Below are positions 1 through 10,180 of a DNA stretch of 64,000 nt, piece by piece (positions within the stretch are counted from its first letter, which is position 1; each line of letters starts with the position of its first letter). Source of the DNA: Minwuia sp. (GTDB lineage Bacteria; Pseudomonadota; Alphaproteobacteria; Minwuiales; Minwuiaceae); NCBI GenBank assembly GCA_029213165.1, contig JARGNO010000005.1, positions 42,418 through 106,417 of the forward strand. Reading direction: 5' to 3'. The notes beneath the pieces were generated by a model. It did no database searches, was not told where the DNA came from, and saw only the letters and a program-made list of their open reading frames with translations. The translations under genes and the position numbers were made by a program.

Positions 1-462
1 AACACGTGGACACGACAGGTCATGGCGCCGATCGCGCAGCAGTTCGGCGCAACCGTCTGCTTTCCCTTTGACGGCCCGCCCTGGCACCCGTTCGTGTCCT
101 GGATGCTTGGCACGGGTCAGGCCTTTGTCTCCCCCCTCGGCCTCGCAATCCATCCCCGATACGGCCTCTGGTTCGCCCTGCGCGCGGCCCTGCTGTTCGA
201 CGGAGTACTGCCGCTGGCCCAGCCTGCGGCAGTCTCCCCCTGTGAGACCTGCCGCGACCGCCCCTGCCTGTCGACATGTCCGGTCGGTGCCTTCACGGGC
301 ACCTCGTATGATGCGGAGAGCTGTCGGGATCATCTGGCAGGCTCAGCCGGGCAGGACTGCATGTCCCAGGGGTGCCGCGCGCGCCGGGCTTGCCCGGTCG
401 GCCCGGAATGGCGCTATGCGCCGGCACATGCCGGGTTTCACATGCGCGCCTTCGCCCGCTGA
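1..462 (+). CDS. 4Fe-4S ferredoxin-like protein of the QueG/MMACHC-like group, 5'-partial
   Basis: Motifs SPLGLAIHPRYGLWFALRAAL, CETCRDRPCLSTCP and C-x4-C-x5-CP. The frame is open from base 1 (NTWTRQVM), so the true start lies upstream of the window. Confidence 0.7.
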   Translation, partial: NTWTRQVMAPIAQQFGATVCFPFDGPPWHPFVSWMLGTGQAFVSPLGLAIHPRYGLWFALRAALLFDGVLPLAQPAAVSPCETCRDRPCLSTCPVGAFTGTSYDAESCRDHLAGSAGQDCMSQGCRARRACPVGPEWRYAPAHAGFHMRAFAR

Positions 463-493
463 TCCTCTTGGATCGTTCCACTGTTTGATTGTG

Positions 494-568
494 GCACCGG
501 CCTGTCCCCCACCCGACCACCCATTCAGCATGATCCCGTGGGTGGCCGGCTGGGGGACAGGCCGGTGC
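494..568. repeat. Long intergenic inverted repeat: 30-bp stem with 2 mismatches, 15-nt loop
   Basis: GCACCGGCCTGTCCCCCA (494-511) is the exact reverse complement of 551-568. Pairing continues inward to 523/539. A second hairpin TTCCATCA-TT-TGATGGAA lies at 571-588. Confidence 0.85.
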
Positions 569-663
569 GATTCCATCATTTGATGGAACGGCCCGGTGCC
601 GAGACGACTGGTGGCCTGCCCCGGGATTCGGTAGAAATGATGCGTTCGGATCGGGAGGATGAC

Positions 664-2520
664 ATGCCGGAATATCGTTCGCATCGCACCACACAGGGCA
701 AGCGCCAGGCAGCGGCCCGCGCACTCTGGCGCGCCACGGGCACCGCGGAGCAGGACATGGCCAAGCCCATCGTGGCCATTGCCAATTCCTTCACCCAGTT
801 CGTGCCCGGGCATGTACATCTCAAGGACCTGGGTCAGCTCGTGGCCGGTGAGATCCACCAGGCCGGTGCGGTTGCAAAGGAATTCAACACCATCGCGGTC
901 GATGACGGCATCGCGATGGGGCATGAGGGAATGCTCTACAGCCTGCCGAGCCGGGAGATCATCGCCGACTCCATCGAATACATGGTCAATGCCCATTGCG
1001 CCGACGCGCTGGTCTGCATCTCGAATTGCGACAAGATCACGCCGGGCATGCTGATGGCCGCGATGCGGCTCAACATCCCGACCATCTTCGTTTCCGGCGG
1101 ACCGATGGAGGCCGGTAAGGCGGTCATTGCGGGACGGGAGCAGATCGTCGATGCGGTGGACGCGCTGGTCGCGGGCAACAACCCGAACCTGCCCGACGAA
1201 CATGTCCAGGCCATCGAGGATATCGCCTGCCCCACCTGCGGATCATGTGCCGGGATGTTCACCGCCAACTCGATGAATTGCCTGGTCGAGGCACTGGGTC
1301 TCGGACTGCCGGGCAACGGCAGCATTCTCGCCACCCACGCGCTGCGGCGGGGCTTGTTCGAGAAGGCCGGACGCCAGATCGTTGAACTGACCCGTCGGCA
1401 CTATGAACTCGGCGACATGGATGTGTTGCCACGATCGATCGCCAACCGGACATCCTTCGAGAACGCCATGTCCCTGGACATCGCCATGGGCGGTTCCACC
1501 AATACGGTGCTGCATCTGCTGGCGGCGGCGTTCGAAGGCGAGATTCCCTTCACCATGGAGGATATCGACCGCCTGTCGCGCAATGTGCCGAACCTGTGCA
1601 AGGTCTCACCCTCCGTGCCCGACTATCACATGGAGGACGTGCACCGGGCGGGCGGCATCATGGCGATCCTGGGGGAGATGGCGCGCGGCGGCCTGCTCGA
1701 CACCTCCACAACCGATGTGCTGGGCCTGACGCTGGCGGAGAAGCTGGCGTTGTACGACGTGCGCGTCACGAAGGATGAAGTGGTCCGCCATTTCTACCGC
1801 GCCGCGCCGGGCCGCCGCAGGATGCTGGAGGCTTTCGGGCAGGACAGCTATTACGAGAGCCTCGACACCGACCGGGCGGCGGGCTGTATCCGCGATGTTG
1901 AACACGCCTATTCGCAGGATGGCGGCTTGGCCGTGCTGAGCGGCAATCTGGCCGTGGATGGCTGCATCGTGAAGACTGCCGGCGTCGATCCTTCGATCCT
2001 GAAGTTCGAAGGCCCCGCGAAGGTCTACCATTCGGAGAATGCCGCATCAGCGGGGATCATGGGTGGTGAGGTTGTCGAAGGCGATGTGGTCGTCATCATC
2101 TATGAAGGCCCGCGCGGTGGACCGGGCATGCAGGAAATGCTGATGCCCACGTCGATGCTGAAGGCCATGGGTCTGGCCAGCACCTGCGCGCTGCTGACCG
2201 ATGGCCGTTTCTCCGGCGCCACCTCGGGCCTGTCCATCGGCCATGCCTCGCCCGAGGCGGCGGAGAGAGGCACCATAGGCCTGGTGGAGAACGGCGACCG
2301 CATCCGCATCGACATACCGGCACGCAGCATCGAACTTCTGCTGGACGAGGCCGCACTTGCCGCCCGCCGCGACGCCATGAACAGCCGCGATGATGGTGGC
2401 TGGCAGGCCGTGGGCCGCGACCGCAAGGTCTCCCGCGCCCTGCAGGCCTACGCCGCCCTCACCCGCTCCGCCGCCCAGGGGGCCGTGCGCGACCCGTCGG
2501 TGCTGTCGGAGTTGAGGTAA
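664..2520 (+). CDS. ilvD: Dihydroxy-acid dehydratase
   Basis: MPEYRS...[34 protein letters not shown] and [11 protein letters not shown] motifs. Start set at ATG 664, after GGAGGA, instead of 538. Confidence 0.95.
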   Translation: MPEYRSHRTTQGKRQAAARALWRATGTAEQDMAKPIVAIANSFTQFVPGHVHLKDLGQLVAGEIHQAGAVAKEFNTIAVDDGIAMGHEGMLYSLPSREIIADSIEYMVNAHCADALVCISNCDKITPGMLMAAMRLNIPTIFVSGGPMEAGKAVIAGREQIVDAVDALVAGNNPNLPDEHVQAIEDIACPTCGSCAGMFTANSMNCLVEALGLGLPGNGSILATHALRRGLFEKAGRQIVELTRRHYELGDMDVLPRSIANRTSFENAMSLDIAMGGSTNTVLHLLAAAFEGEIPFTMEDIDRLSRNVPNLCKVSPSVPDYHMEDVHRAGGIMAILGEMARGGLLDTSTTDVLGLTLAEKLALYDVRVTKDEVVRHFYRAAPGRRRMLEAFGQDSYYESLDTDRAAGCIRDVEHAYSQDGGLAVLSGNLAVDGCIVKTAGVDPSILKFEGPAKVYHSENAASAGIMGGEVVEGDVVVIIYEGPRGGPGMQEMLMPTSMLKAMGLASTCALLTDGRFSGATSGLSIGHASPEAAERGTIGLVENGDRIRIDIPARSIELLLDEAALAARRDAMNSRDDGGWQAVGRDRKVSRALQAYAALTRSAAQGAVRDPSVLSELR

Positions 2521-2535
2521 GCAGACGGTCGCGAT

Positions 2536-3849
2536 CTACGGGTCCCGCAGCGCGTCGTCCTTCAGGGCAGCGAGGGGTTGCAGCAGGTACTGCAGGATCG
2601 TGCGCTTGCCGGTCAGGATATCCACCTCCGCCACCATGCCCGGCAGGATCGGCAAGGTGTCGCCGTCATCGTCGGTCAGGATGTTCTCCGTCACGCGGAC
2701 ATGAGCGAGGTAGCGGGCATTGCCGCGCTCGTCTTCGATGGCGTCGGGGCTGATGTGCGTCACCTGCCCCTTCAGGGATCCGTATGTGGTGAAATCATAG
2801 GCCGTCAGCTTCACCCGCGCCGGTTGCCCGACATAGACGAAACCGATCTGCGAGGGTTCGATCGCCACCTCCGCCAGCAGGCGGTCATCATCGGGAACGA
2901 TCTCGATCAGGGGCTGGCCGGGCTGTGCCACACCGCCGATGGTGGAGACAAGGACCTGGTTCACGACACCATCGGTCGGTGCCAGGATTGATGTCCGGGC
3001 CAGCTTGTCACGATGGGCTGGCAGGGCCTCGACCACTTCCGTGTATTCCTGCCGGGCTTTCGCAAGCTCCTCCGACGACCGGGCCTGGAACCGGCTGCGT
3101 GTCGCCGCGATCTCCAGCCTGACCTCCTCCAGCGCGCTCTGATGGCGCTGCAATGACAGGCGCGCGATGTCGCGTTCGGATTCAGCGGCGATCAGCCCCT
3201 TCTCCGACTCGATCAGGTGCATCTCCGGCTCCAGGCCGCGTTTCACGATACCCTCGACCATGCTGAATTCCCGCTGTGCGATGGCTACGGCGCGATCCGC
3301 ATTGGCCGCGGCCAGCCTGGCTTCGGCCAGCGCCTGCTGGCGCTGCAGGAGTCGCGATTGCAGCACGGAGAGCTCTGCCTGCAACTGGGACCATCGCGCG
3401 TCGAACAGTGTCAGTTCCCGCGCCACGGTCTCCGCCGCGCCGTCGCGGGTCTCCGCAGTGAAGGCCGGTCTGACCAGTCCGCTCTCACCCATCAGGCGGG
3501 AGATACGCGCCTGGGCCGCAAAATAGCGCTGCCGAAGGCGGTTGAAGTCGCCGGTAAAGACCGTCTGGTCGAGGCGCAGGATCACCTGACCGGCTTCGAC
3601 ACGGTCTCCATCCTGTACCAGGATCTCGCTGATGATCCCGCCTTCCAGATTCTGGACGACCTGCAGTTCGCCGGACGGGATGACCTTGCCCTGGCCGCGC
3701 GTCACCTGATCGAGGGCGGTGAGATGCGCCCAGACGACAATGGCGATGAAGCAACCGAGGATGACCAGCAGCAACATGCGCGCCGCGCCAGCCGGTCTTA
3801 CCCGCGCGGCGACTTCCCTCATGTAGTCCTGTGTCGCCAGATCAGTCAT
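2536..3849 (-). CDS. HlyD-family T1SS periplasmic adaptor
   Basis: N-terminal TM, then LDQVTRGQGKVIPSGELQVVQNLEGGII, coiled coil, APTDGVV, KLTAYDF and PGMVAEVDI. Start at MTDLA (3849) overlaps the ABC stop. Confidence 0.95.
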   Translation of the reverse strand: MTDLATQDYMREVAARVRPAGAARMLLLVILGCFIAIVVWAHLTALDQVTRGQGKVIPSGELQVVQNLEGGIISEILVQDGDRVEAGQVILRLDQTVFTGDFNRLRQRYFAAQARISRLMGESGLVRPAFTAETRDGAAETVARELTLFDARWSQLQAELSVLQSRLLQRQQALAEARLAAANADRAVAIAQREFSMVEGIVKRGLEPEMHLIESEKGLIAAESERDIARLSLQRHQSALEEVRLEIAATRSRFQARSSEELAKARQEYTEVVEALPAHRDKLARTSILAPTDGVVNQVLVSTIGGVAQPGQPLIEIVPDDDRLLAEVAIEPSQIGFVYVGQPARVKLTAYDFTTYGSLKGQVTHISPDAIEDERGNARYLAHVRVTENILTDDDGDTLPILPGMVAEVDILTGKRTILQYLLQPLAALKDDALRDP

Positions 3850-5638
3850 CGCCCGCCTCCGAATCGCGGGAATCGACACCTGTCCCGGCTGGCGCACCCG
3901 GCTGTGGCGCGGGCGTTTCCGGTGCCGGTTCGGCGCTGGCCAGGTGGCGCAGCACTTCCTCCCGCGGGCCATAGGCGAAGATGCGCCCGCCTTCCACGAT
4001 CATGATCTTGTTGACCAGACGCAGCATGCTCGACTTGTGCGTCACCACCAGCACGGTCTTGCCTTCGGAGGCCTGACGCATGCGCTCGATCAATGCGGTC
4101 TCGCTGCGGGTATCCAGCGCACTGGTCGGTTCATCCAGTACCAGCACCTGCGGGTCGGCGACCAGCGCCCGGGCCAGGGCGATTGCCTGACGCTGGCCGC
4201 CGGACAGCCCCTCCCCCTTTTCGGAGATGCGCAGGTCATAGCCGGAGGGCAGATGGCCGACAAAATCATGGACACCGGCTGTCTGCGCAGCCCGCAAAAT
4301 CTCGTCGTCGCTCGCATCCGGGTGTCCGATGGCAATGTTCTCCCGGATCGTGCCGGAGAAAAGCTGCGTGTCCTGCAGCATCGCGCCGACGTTCCGCCGC
4401 AGGTCAGCCGGATCAAACTGCCTGATATCCGTGTCGTCGATCAGGATGGAGCCGTCTTCCGGTTCGTAGAGGCCCAGTACCAGGCGCGCCAGCGTGCTCT
4501 TGCCCGATCCGATCCGCCCCAGGATGGCAACCCGGTCACCGGGATTGATGGTGAAGGTGATGTCATTGATCGCCGGAGTATGGGCATCCGGATAACGGAA
4601 GCGCACGCCCTTGAACGCCACCTGCCCCTCCACCGTTTCGCGGCGCAGATAGGCACGGTTGCGGTTGCGGTCGCTGCCCGCCTTCATCAGGGCGTCAAGG
4701 GCGCGATAGGACATCAGCGCGTGCTGTGCCCGGGTCAGGATATTCGCGGTCTGCGCCAGCGGCCCCATGCAGCGGCCACTCAGGATCACGCAGGCGACCA
4801 GCGCACCCATGGTGACCAAACCGTCCTGGATCAGGAAAACGCCGTAGAACACGATGCCGACCTGCACCGCCTGCTGCGCACTGTTGGTCAGATTGGTCGC
4901 CGATTGCGCCGTCAGCCGGGTTCGCAGGCCCAGCGCCGACTGGCGGTCAACGCTTTCCTCCCACCGGCGTCCCATGAAATCGCCGCCGCCAACACTCTTC
5001 AACGTCTCGAGACCGGATACAGCCTCCACGATCACGGACTGCTTGGAGGCACCTTCCTGAAAGCTGCGGCTGATCAGACGCGACAGGATCGGCTGCACCA
5101 GTCCGGCATAGATCAGCACCACCGGCACGACGATGGCCGGGACCAGCGCCACCGGCCCGCCAATGACCCATATCACGCCGAGGAACAGGAAGATGAACGG
5201 CAGATCGACCACCGCCGCCAGCGTCGCGGAGGCAAAGAAATCCCGCAGCGTATCGAATTCCTTCATCGTGTTGGCATAGCCGCCGGTGCTGCCACGGCGC
5301 GCGGCCAGATCCATGCTCATCATCTGCTGAAACAGTGCCCGACCGATTACGAGGTCCGCCCGACGGCTGGCGACATCGATGAAGTAGCCGCGAAGGGTGC
5401 GCAGCACATAGTCGAAGCCGATGATCACCACCATGCCGAGCGCCAGCGCCACCAGGGAATCGATGGCATTGTTGGGAATGACCCTGTCGTAGACGACCAT
5501 GATGAAGATGGATGACCCCAAGGCCAGCAGGTTGGAAACCATGGCCGCCAGAATGACCTGGCCATAGATGCCGCGGTTGAACCAGAACGGCCCCCAGAAC
5601 CAATGCGACTTCAGCCCATTGTCTGTCGAGTTGCTCAT
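3842..5638 (-). CDS. T1SS permease/ATPase, LapB/LssB-like, with no N-terminal C39-like domain
   Basis: HWFW...VYDRVIPN TM domain, Walker A GRIGSGKS, signature LSGGQRQ and Walker B VLVLDEPTS. Confidence 0.95.
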   Translation of the reverse strand: MSNSTDNGLKSHWFWGPFWFNRGIYGQVILAAMVSNLLALGSSIFIMVVYDRVIPNNAIDSLVALALGMVVIIGFDYVLRTLRGYFIDVASRRADLVIGRALFQQMMSMDLAARRGSTGGYANTMKEFDTLRDFFASATLAAVVDLPFIFLFLGVIWVIGGPVALVPAIVVPVVLIYAGLVQPILSRLISRSFQEGASKQSVIVEAVSGLETLKSVGGGDFMGRRWEESVDRQSALGLRTRLTAQSATNLTNSAQQAVQVGIVFYGVFLIQDGLVTMGALVACVILSGRCMGPLAQTANILTRAQHALMSYRALDALMKAGSDRNRNRAYLRRETVEGQVAFKGVRFRYPDAHTPAINDITFTINPGDRVAILGRIGSGKSTLARLVLGLYEPEDGSILIDDTDIRQFDPADLRRNVGAMLQDTQLFSGTIRENIAIGHPDASDDEILRAAQTAGVHDFVGHLPSGYDLRISEKGEGLSGGQRQAIALARALVADPQVLVLDEPTSALDTRSETALIERMRQASEGKTVLVVTHKSSMLRLVNKIMIVEGGRIFAYGPREEVLRHLASAEPAPETPAPQPGAPAGTGVDSRDSEAGDD

Positions 5639-7146
5639 TCGCCCGCCCCACCGGAGATGTTGAAAGCCGCGCCGATCCGCCCCAGCGCCCGCGCCAGTTC
5701 AAAACGCGCGGCCTGCGCCGCGACCCGCGCATCGATGTAACGCATGGCGACGCTGAAATAGTCCTCCTGCGCCTGAAGCACTTCCAGCAGGCTGACCCCG
5801 CGCAGCCGGAACTGCTCCAGCACCGCCATGCGGGATTGATGGTTCAGCAGCAGTGCGGTCTCGAAGGACTCGACCTCCCTGCGGCGTTCCTTGAGAGTCT
5901 GGAAGGCTGTCGAGACCTCGCGTTCCGCTGAGCGCCGGGTCGTCGCCAGCACCCGTGTTGCCTGGACATGGCGCGCGTGGGCCTGATCCGCCCGCGCGCC
6001 GATGGCGCCGCTGGTATCGATTGTCACCTGGCCCACGAGCCGCCCGGACAACTCATAGTCCGCCTGGCCACTCAACACATCGAAGCGCGTGGCACGGACC
6101 TGCACGCTCAGGCTCGGCAGGAACGCCGCATCCGCCGCACGGCGCTCATGCAAGCGCTGCGCAGAGACCAGGCGTGCAGAGGCCAGGCGCGGACTGTTGG
6201 CAAGGGCCTGCGCACGGGCGTCGTCAATATGCAGGGGCAGTTCCAGGACCGGTGCCGGAAGACCCTCCGTCCCGTCCGGCAACTCACTGAACAGTTCAAG
6301 GAAACGATTCCGCGCCTCGATGCGCCCGGCGGAAAATCCGATGGCACTGGCCCGGGCACCTGCATGACGCGCGTTGGCCTTGTCCACATCAGTTCGCGCG
6401 CCGACACCGGCCTCCCTTCGCTGCTCCGCATAGGCCACCACCAGTTCGTGTACGGAGAGGTTTTCCGCGATCAGCGCCTCACGCGCATTCACCCGGGCCA
6501 CATCAAGCCAGGCGGAAATGGTGTCGAATGTCAGCCGACCGGCGATTGCACGCGTTTCCGCATCAATGCCCCTGCGCGCCGCCTCGGTCGCGGCAATCTG
6601 ATGGCTGGTCGCGCCGAAGTCGTAGAACCGATGGTCGGCACTGACGAACAGATCGGCCTCGGTCGTCGTGCCTTCATCCGCGACCGAACGGCGGTTGTCG
6701 TTCGCGTCGCCGTCAAAGAAACCAAGGCCTGTGGTAAGTCCGCCGGTCACCACGGGACGTCGCGCCGCCCTGGCCTCGACAATACGCCCCTCAGCCTCCC
6801 GACCGCGCCAGAGACGTTCGTCGAACTCCGGATTGGCGGTCACCGCCAGCATGACACGCTCCCTGAACCGGCGCGTCTGTTCCGGACTTCCGGACAGGCC
6901 GGTGATCAGATCGGCGGCACCATCAACGCCAGGCGAAACCCCGGAAGCATTGGCCGCCGCGGGTTCGCCCGCGACCACGGTCCGGAAGATGTCCAGAAAA
7001 CGAAATGGCTTGGACGCCGCCACCGGCTCATAGGGCAGAGGAATCTCTGCTCTGATGGCGGAGACGGAGACCGTCAGCACCGCCAGCACCAACAGGGAAG
7101 GTGAAAGAAGAAACCGCAAGGCCATCACTGCGGAGGGACCGGACAT
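5635..7146 (-). CDS. TolC-family outer-membrane channel of the T1SS
   Basis: Signal-peptide-like N-terminus and two OEP-type helical repeats (LYDFG-like FYDFGA, ARFELARALG end). ATGA overlap with the ABC gene. Start is 7146 or 7125. Confidence 0.9.
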   Translation of the reverse strand: MSGPSAVMALRFLLSPSLLVLAVLTVSVSAIRAEIPLPYEPVAASKPFRFLDIFRTVVAGEPAAANASGVSPGVDGAADLITGLSGSPEQTRRFRERVMLAVTANPEFDERLWRGREAEGRIVEARAARRPVVTGGLTTGLGFFDGDANDNRRSVADEGTTTEADLFVSADHRFYDFGATSHQIAATEAARRGIDAETRAIAGRLTFDTISAWLDVARVNAREALIAENLSVHELVVAYAEQRREAGVGARTDVDKANARHAGARASAIGFSAGRIEARNRFLELFSELPDGTEGLPAPVLELPLHIDDARAQALANSPRLASARLVSAQRLHERRAADAAFLPSLSVQVRATRFDVLSGQADYELSGRLVGQVTIDTSGAIGARADQAHARHVQATRVLATTRRSAEREVSTAFQTLKERRREVESFETALLLNHQSRMAVLEQFRLRGVSLLEVLQAQEDYFSVAMRYIDARVAAQAARFELARALGRIGAAFNISGGAGE

Positions 7147-7186
7147 GATGGCCTTGCGGGCGCGACAGACCTGATCGGGGTCCTGA

Positions 7187-10177
7187 TCATTCCGGTGTCG
7201 CAAGCACGTCGATCAGGGATTGCAGATCGCCAAGGGCTGTATCGGCGCCCGCCTGATCGAAAATGAAGTCTCCGGCGACCAGCTGATTGCTGCCCAGCGC
7301 GGAAACCGTGACCTGACCAGCCACCGTGGCCCCCGCCGCGGTGAGAAAACCCGACAGGTCGATCACGGCATCGCCATCCTGGTCGGAGGCGCTGCCCAGC
7401 ACATCCGCCAGCGTCAGCTCGGCACCGGCACCACTGCGCAGTCCGGACAGGTCGATCCTGTCGCCGTCCGCCTGGCTGAAGTCGGCCAGATCCAGCAACG
7501 CATTGATCGTATCGGTGGCGGTGTCGCCAGACGCGGCAATCGAGAAGATGTCCGCCCCGGACCCCCCGAAGGCCGTGACCGTGGCACCATCACTGGCGAT
7601 GACCCGGATATTGTCGGCACCGGAGCCGCCGTTGGCGATATCCGCACCGCCATCCGCGATCAGCACATCGTCACCGCCGCGACCCAGCAGCGCATCGGCA
7701 CCTGCACCCCCACGCAGTCCGTCGGAAGCGCCCCCGCCCTGCAGCGTGTCGTCGGCTGCCGAGCCGATTGCCGCTTCCACCGCGACAAGCTGATCGGTCT
7801 CCCCACCGCTGATTGCCGTGCCTGCACCCAGGTCGACAGCGACCGGCCCGGCCTCGGCCGACAGGTCGACTGCGTCGGTACCGTCGCCACCATCCAGGCT
7901 GTCCAGGCCGCCCGCGCCGGAGAGAACATCATCGCCAGCACCGCCGAACAGCGCCTGAGCATTGGCATCACCGGCAAGCCGGTCTGCCTGTGCCGTTCCC
8001 ACGAAGACCTCGAAACCGCCCAGGCTGTCGACGTCCTGGCCGGAGGTCGCTGTTCCTGCGGCGAGATCCAGGACGACCCCGACCGCCAGGTCCGAAAAAT
8101 CAGCCGTGTCGGTCCCATCACCGCCGGCCAGGCTGTCGTTGCCGAGACCACCAAGGACGACATCATCGCCAGCACCGCCGGAGATCGTGTCATTGCCAGC
8201 GTCGCCAAGCAGCCGGTCAGCCCCTGCCCCGCCGTTGACGCTGTCCGCGCCATCGCCGCCAGAGACCGTATCCGCGTCAGCACCACCTGACAGAATGTCA
8301 TTGCCAGCGTCACCAAGCACATTGTCGGCACCGGCCCCGCCGAACAGGGCATCCACCCCGTCACCGCCACTCAGGTTGTCAGCACCCGCGCCACCGATCA
8401 GCTGGTCACGCCCGGCATCGCCTGCAAGCGTGTCATCGCCCACTCCCCCGGTCAGCGAGTCATTGCCGCCACCGCCGCGCAAGACATCCGCGCCCGCGCC
8501 ACCGAGGACATTCTCAGCCGCCACCGCGCCATTGAACTGGTCGGCCTGGGCGGACAGGGTGAATCTCTCGATACCTGCGATCACCGTGTTGTCGGCACCG
8601 CTGGCCGCCGTGCCCGCAGTGGCATCAATGGTCACACCTGCAATCGCCGTCGAGAAGTCCAGGAAGTCCGTGCCGGCACCACCGTCAATACTGTCGTTGC
8701 CAACGCCCGGACGCAGCGTGTCATTGCCCGCACCGCCAAGCAGCGTGTCATCACCTGCACCACCATCCAGGAAGTCCGCGCCGGCATTGCCGACCAGGCT
8801 GTCATTTCCTGCCAGGCCGCTGAGCCGGTCACCGACCGCGCCACCGGTGAGCGTGTTGTCGCCTGCATCGCCACTCAGGTTACGTGGTTGATCAGCCGCG
8901 AAATCGACCGCAGCCTGGGTCACGGCCACATCAAGGTTGTTCTGAATGTTGGCCACATCGTTGGCGAAATTTGCATCCGTGGAATCCAGCGCAGCAACCT
9001 GGCCCACCGCTTCCTGGAGGTCATTGACCACAGCGGCGAGCACGGCTTGCCCCTCAGCCGAGTCGGGGGCCTGATCAGCAGCGCGCACCTGCGCGATGCG
9101 GGCATTCACGTCCTGCACCACGTTTGCCGCCGCCGCGATGACCTGTGCATCCAGCGCGCCCGCCTCATCAACCTGCGCCGCCGCATTGGTCAGAACCGTG
9201 ACAATGTCCGCTGCCCCGGCGTCATCAAGATCGACCTGCTGTCCCAGTGCATCCCGCTGCTGGATCAACGCAGCCGTCGCCTGGAACGCATTCCCGCTCG
9301 ATCCCTCGACACCCGTCACAGTCTCGAAGGAGGCCGCAACGGCGGCAACCTGCTCCGCCGCCTCGATCACCGCCAGGGCATTCGCGCGATCGGCACCAAC
9401 CGAGTTGAAGGCATCGAAGCTGCGCAGATCGATGTCATTGCCAAGCCCGAGTGCCTGACGGACCGAGGCTTCCGCCGCATCGGCATCGTTGCCATTCAGG
9501 GCTGCCACCTGCTCGATCAGCGTCGTCAGCGGCGTGACCACCGTCGATCCGGCGGGTGCGGTCAGCACCAGCCCCGCCTGGACAGCCGCACCTGACACCG
9601 CGTCGAATGTATTCTCGTTCGTCACGATGATGATGTCGTTGTTGCCGAAATTGGCAACCTGGTCCGCCGGAATCTGGCCGTTGGCGTCGGTCAGGGTGAC
9701 GAATTCACCTGCGTCGGCGATGCCGTCATTATTCGCATCGGCAAAAGCGGAGGCATTGACCAGCGGTCCCTTCTGAACGCCGATGGCCCCACCACCACCG
9801 CCGCCGTTGCCACCCCCGCCGCCACCACAGGCGGCCAGCGCCGCGGCCATCGCGGTCATCGCACCGCCCTGTACCATCCAGCGCGGTGAACCCTGCACGG
9901 CGCGGGCAATGCCCTGTGCCAGTCGGCCTCGCCCCGCGCCGGTTCCCGGCGTTGCGAGAAATGCGCCTGACGCGATCGGGCCGAACCCGCCGGATTGCGC
10001 CTGCGGATCCGCGAACAGGTCAGCAGGTGCAATCAGAACATCGTCCAGAACTTCTGAAATGCGCGCTGCCTGCGCGCCAGTCATGTCAACCCGGCCATCG
10101 AACGCCATCACACCCAACTCCCCTTCGACCGAAACCTGTTCGCGGCGCACCGCAATTGCACTTGCTGTCCCAGTCAT
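7187..10177 (-). CDS. RTX Ca-binding secreted protein (996 aa) with an internal LAAC/poly-Gly segment, a helical region, an RTX beta-roll and a C-terminal T1SS target domain
   Basis: Many GGxGxDxL nonapeptides, C-terminal IDLS...GDFIFD, and AAALAACGGGGGG at residues 111-123. Confidence 0.85.
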   Translation of the reverse strand: MTGTASAIAVRREQVSVEGELGVMAFDGRVDMTGAQAARISEVLDDVLIAPADLFADPQAQSGGFGPIASGAFLATPGTGAGRGRLAQGIARAVQGSPRWMVQGGAMTAMAAALAACGGGGGGNGGGGGGAIGVQKGPLVNASAFADANNDGIADAGEFVTLTDANGQIPADQVANFGNNDIIIVTNENTFDAVSGAAVQAGLVLTAPAGSTVVTPLTTLIEQVAALNGNDADAAEASVRQALGLGNDIDLRSFDAFNSVGADRANALAVIEAAEQVAAVAASFETVTGVEGSSGNAFQATAALIQQRDALGQQVDLDDAGAADIVTVLTNAAAQVDEAGALDAQVIAAAANVVQDVNARIAQVRAADQAPDSAEGQAVLAAVVNDLQEAVGQVAALDSTDANFANDVANIQNNLDVAVTQAAVDFAADQPRNLSGDAGDNTLTGGAVGDRLSGLAGNDSLVGNAGADFLDGGAGDDTLLGGAGNDTLRPGVGNDSIDGGAGTDFLDFSTAIAGVTIDATAGTAASGADNTVIAGIERFTLSAQADQFNGAVAAENVLGGAGADVLRGGGGNDSLTGGVGDDTLAGDAGRDQLIGGAGADNLSGGDGVDALFGGAGADNVLGDAGNDILSGGADADTVSGGDGADSVNGGAGADRLLGDAGNDTISGGAGDDVVLGGLGNDSLAGGDGTDTADFSDLAVGVVLDLAAGTATSGQDVDSLGGFEVFVGTAQADRLAGDANAQALFGGAGDDVLSGAGGLDSLDGGDGTDAVDLSAEAGPVAVDLGAGTAISGGETDQLVAVEAAIGSAADDTLQGGGASDGLRGGAGADALLGRGGDDVLIADGGADIANGGSGADNIRVIASDGATVTAFGGSGADIFSIAASGDTATDTINALLDLADFSQADGDRIDLSGLRSGAGAELTLADVLGSASDQDGDAVIDLSGFLTAAGATVAGQVTVSALGSNQLVAGDFIFDQAGADTALGDLQSLIDVLATPE

Positions 10178-10180
10178 GTT

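Noticed and set aside
538-663. Extended N-termini in the ORF track (ilvD 538, HlyD 3972, CaiB 54378, DUF1772 54926, LysR 61819, etc.)
   Set aside because: Family homology and RBS positions begin at downstream starts; the extensions are low-information sequence.
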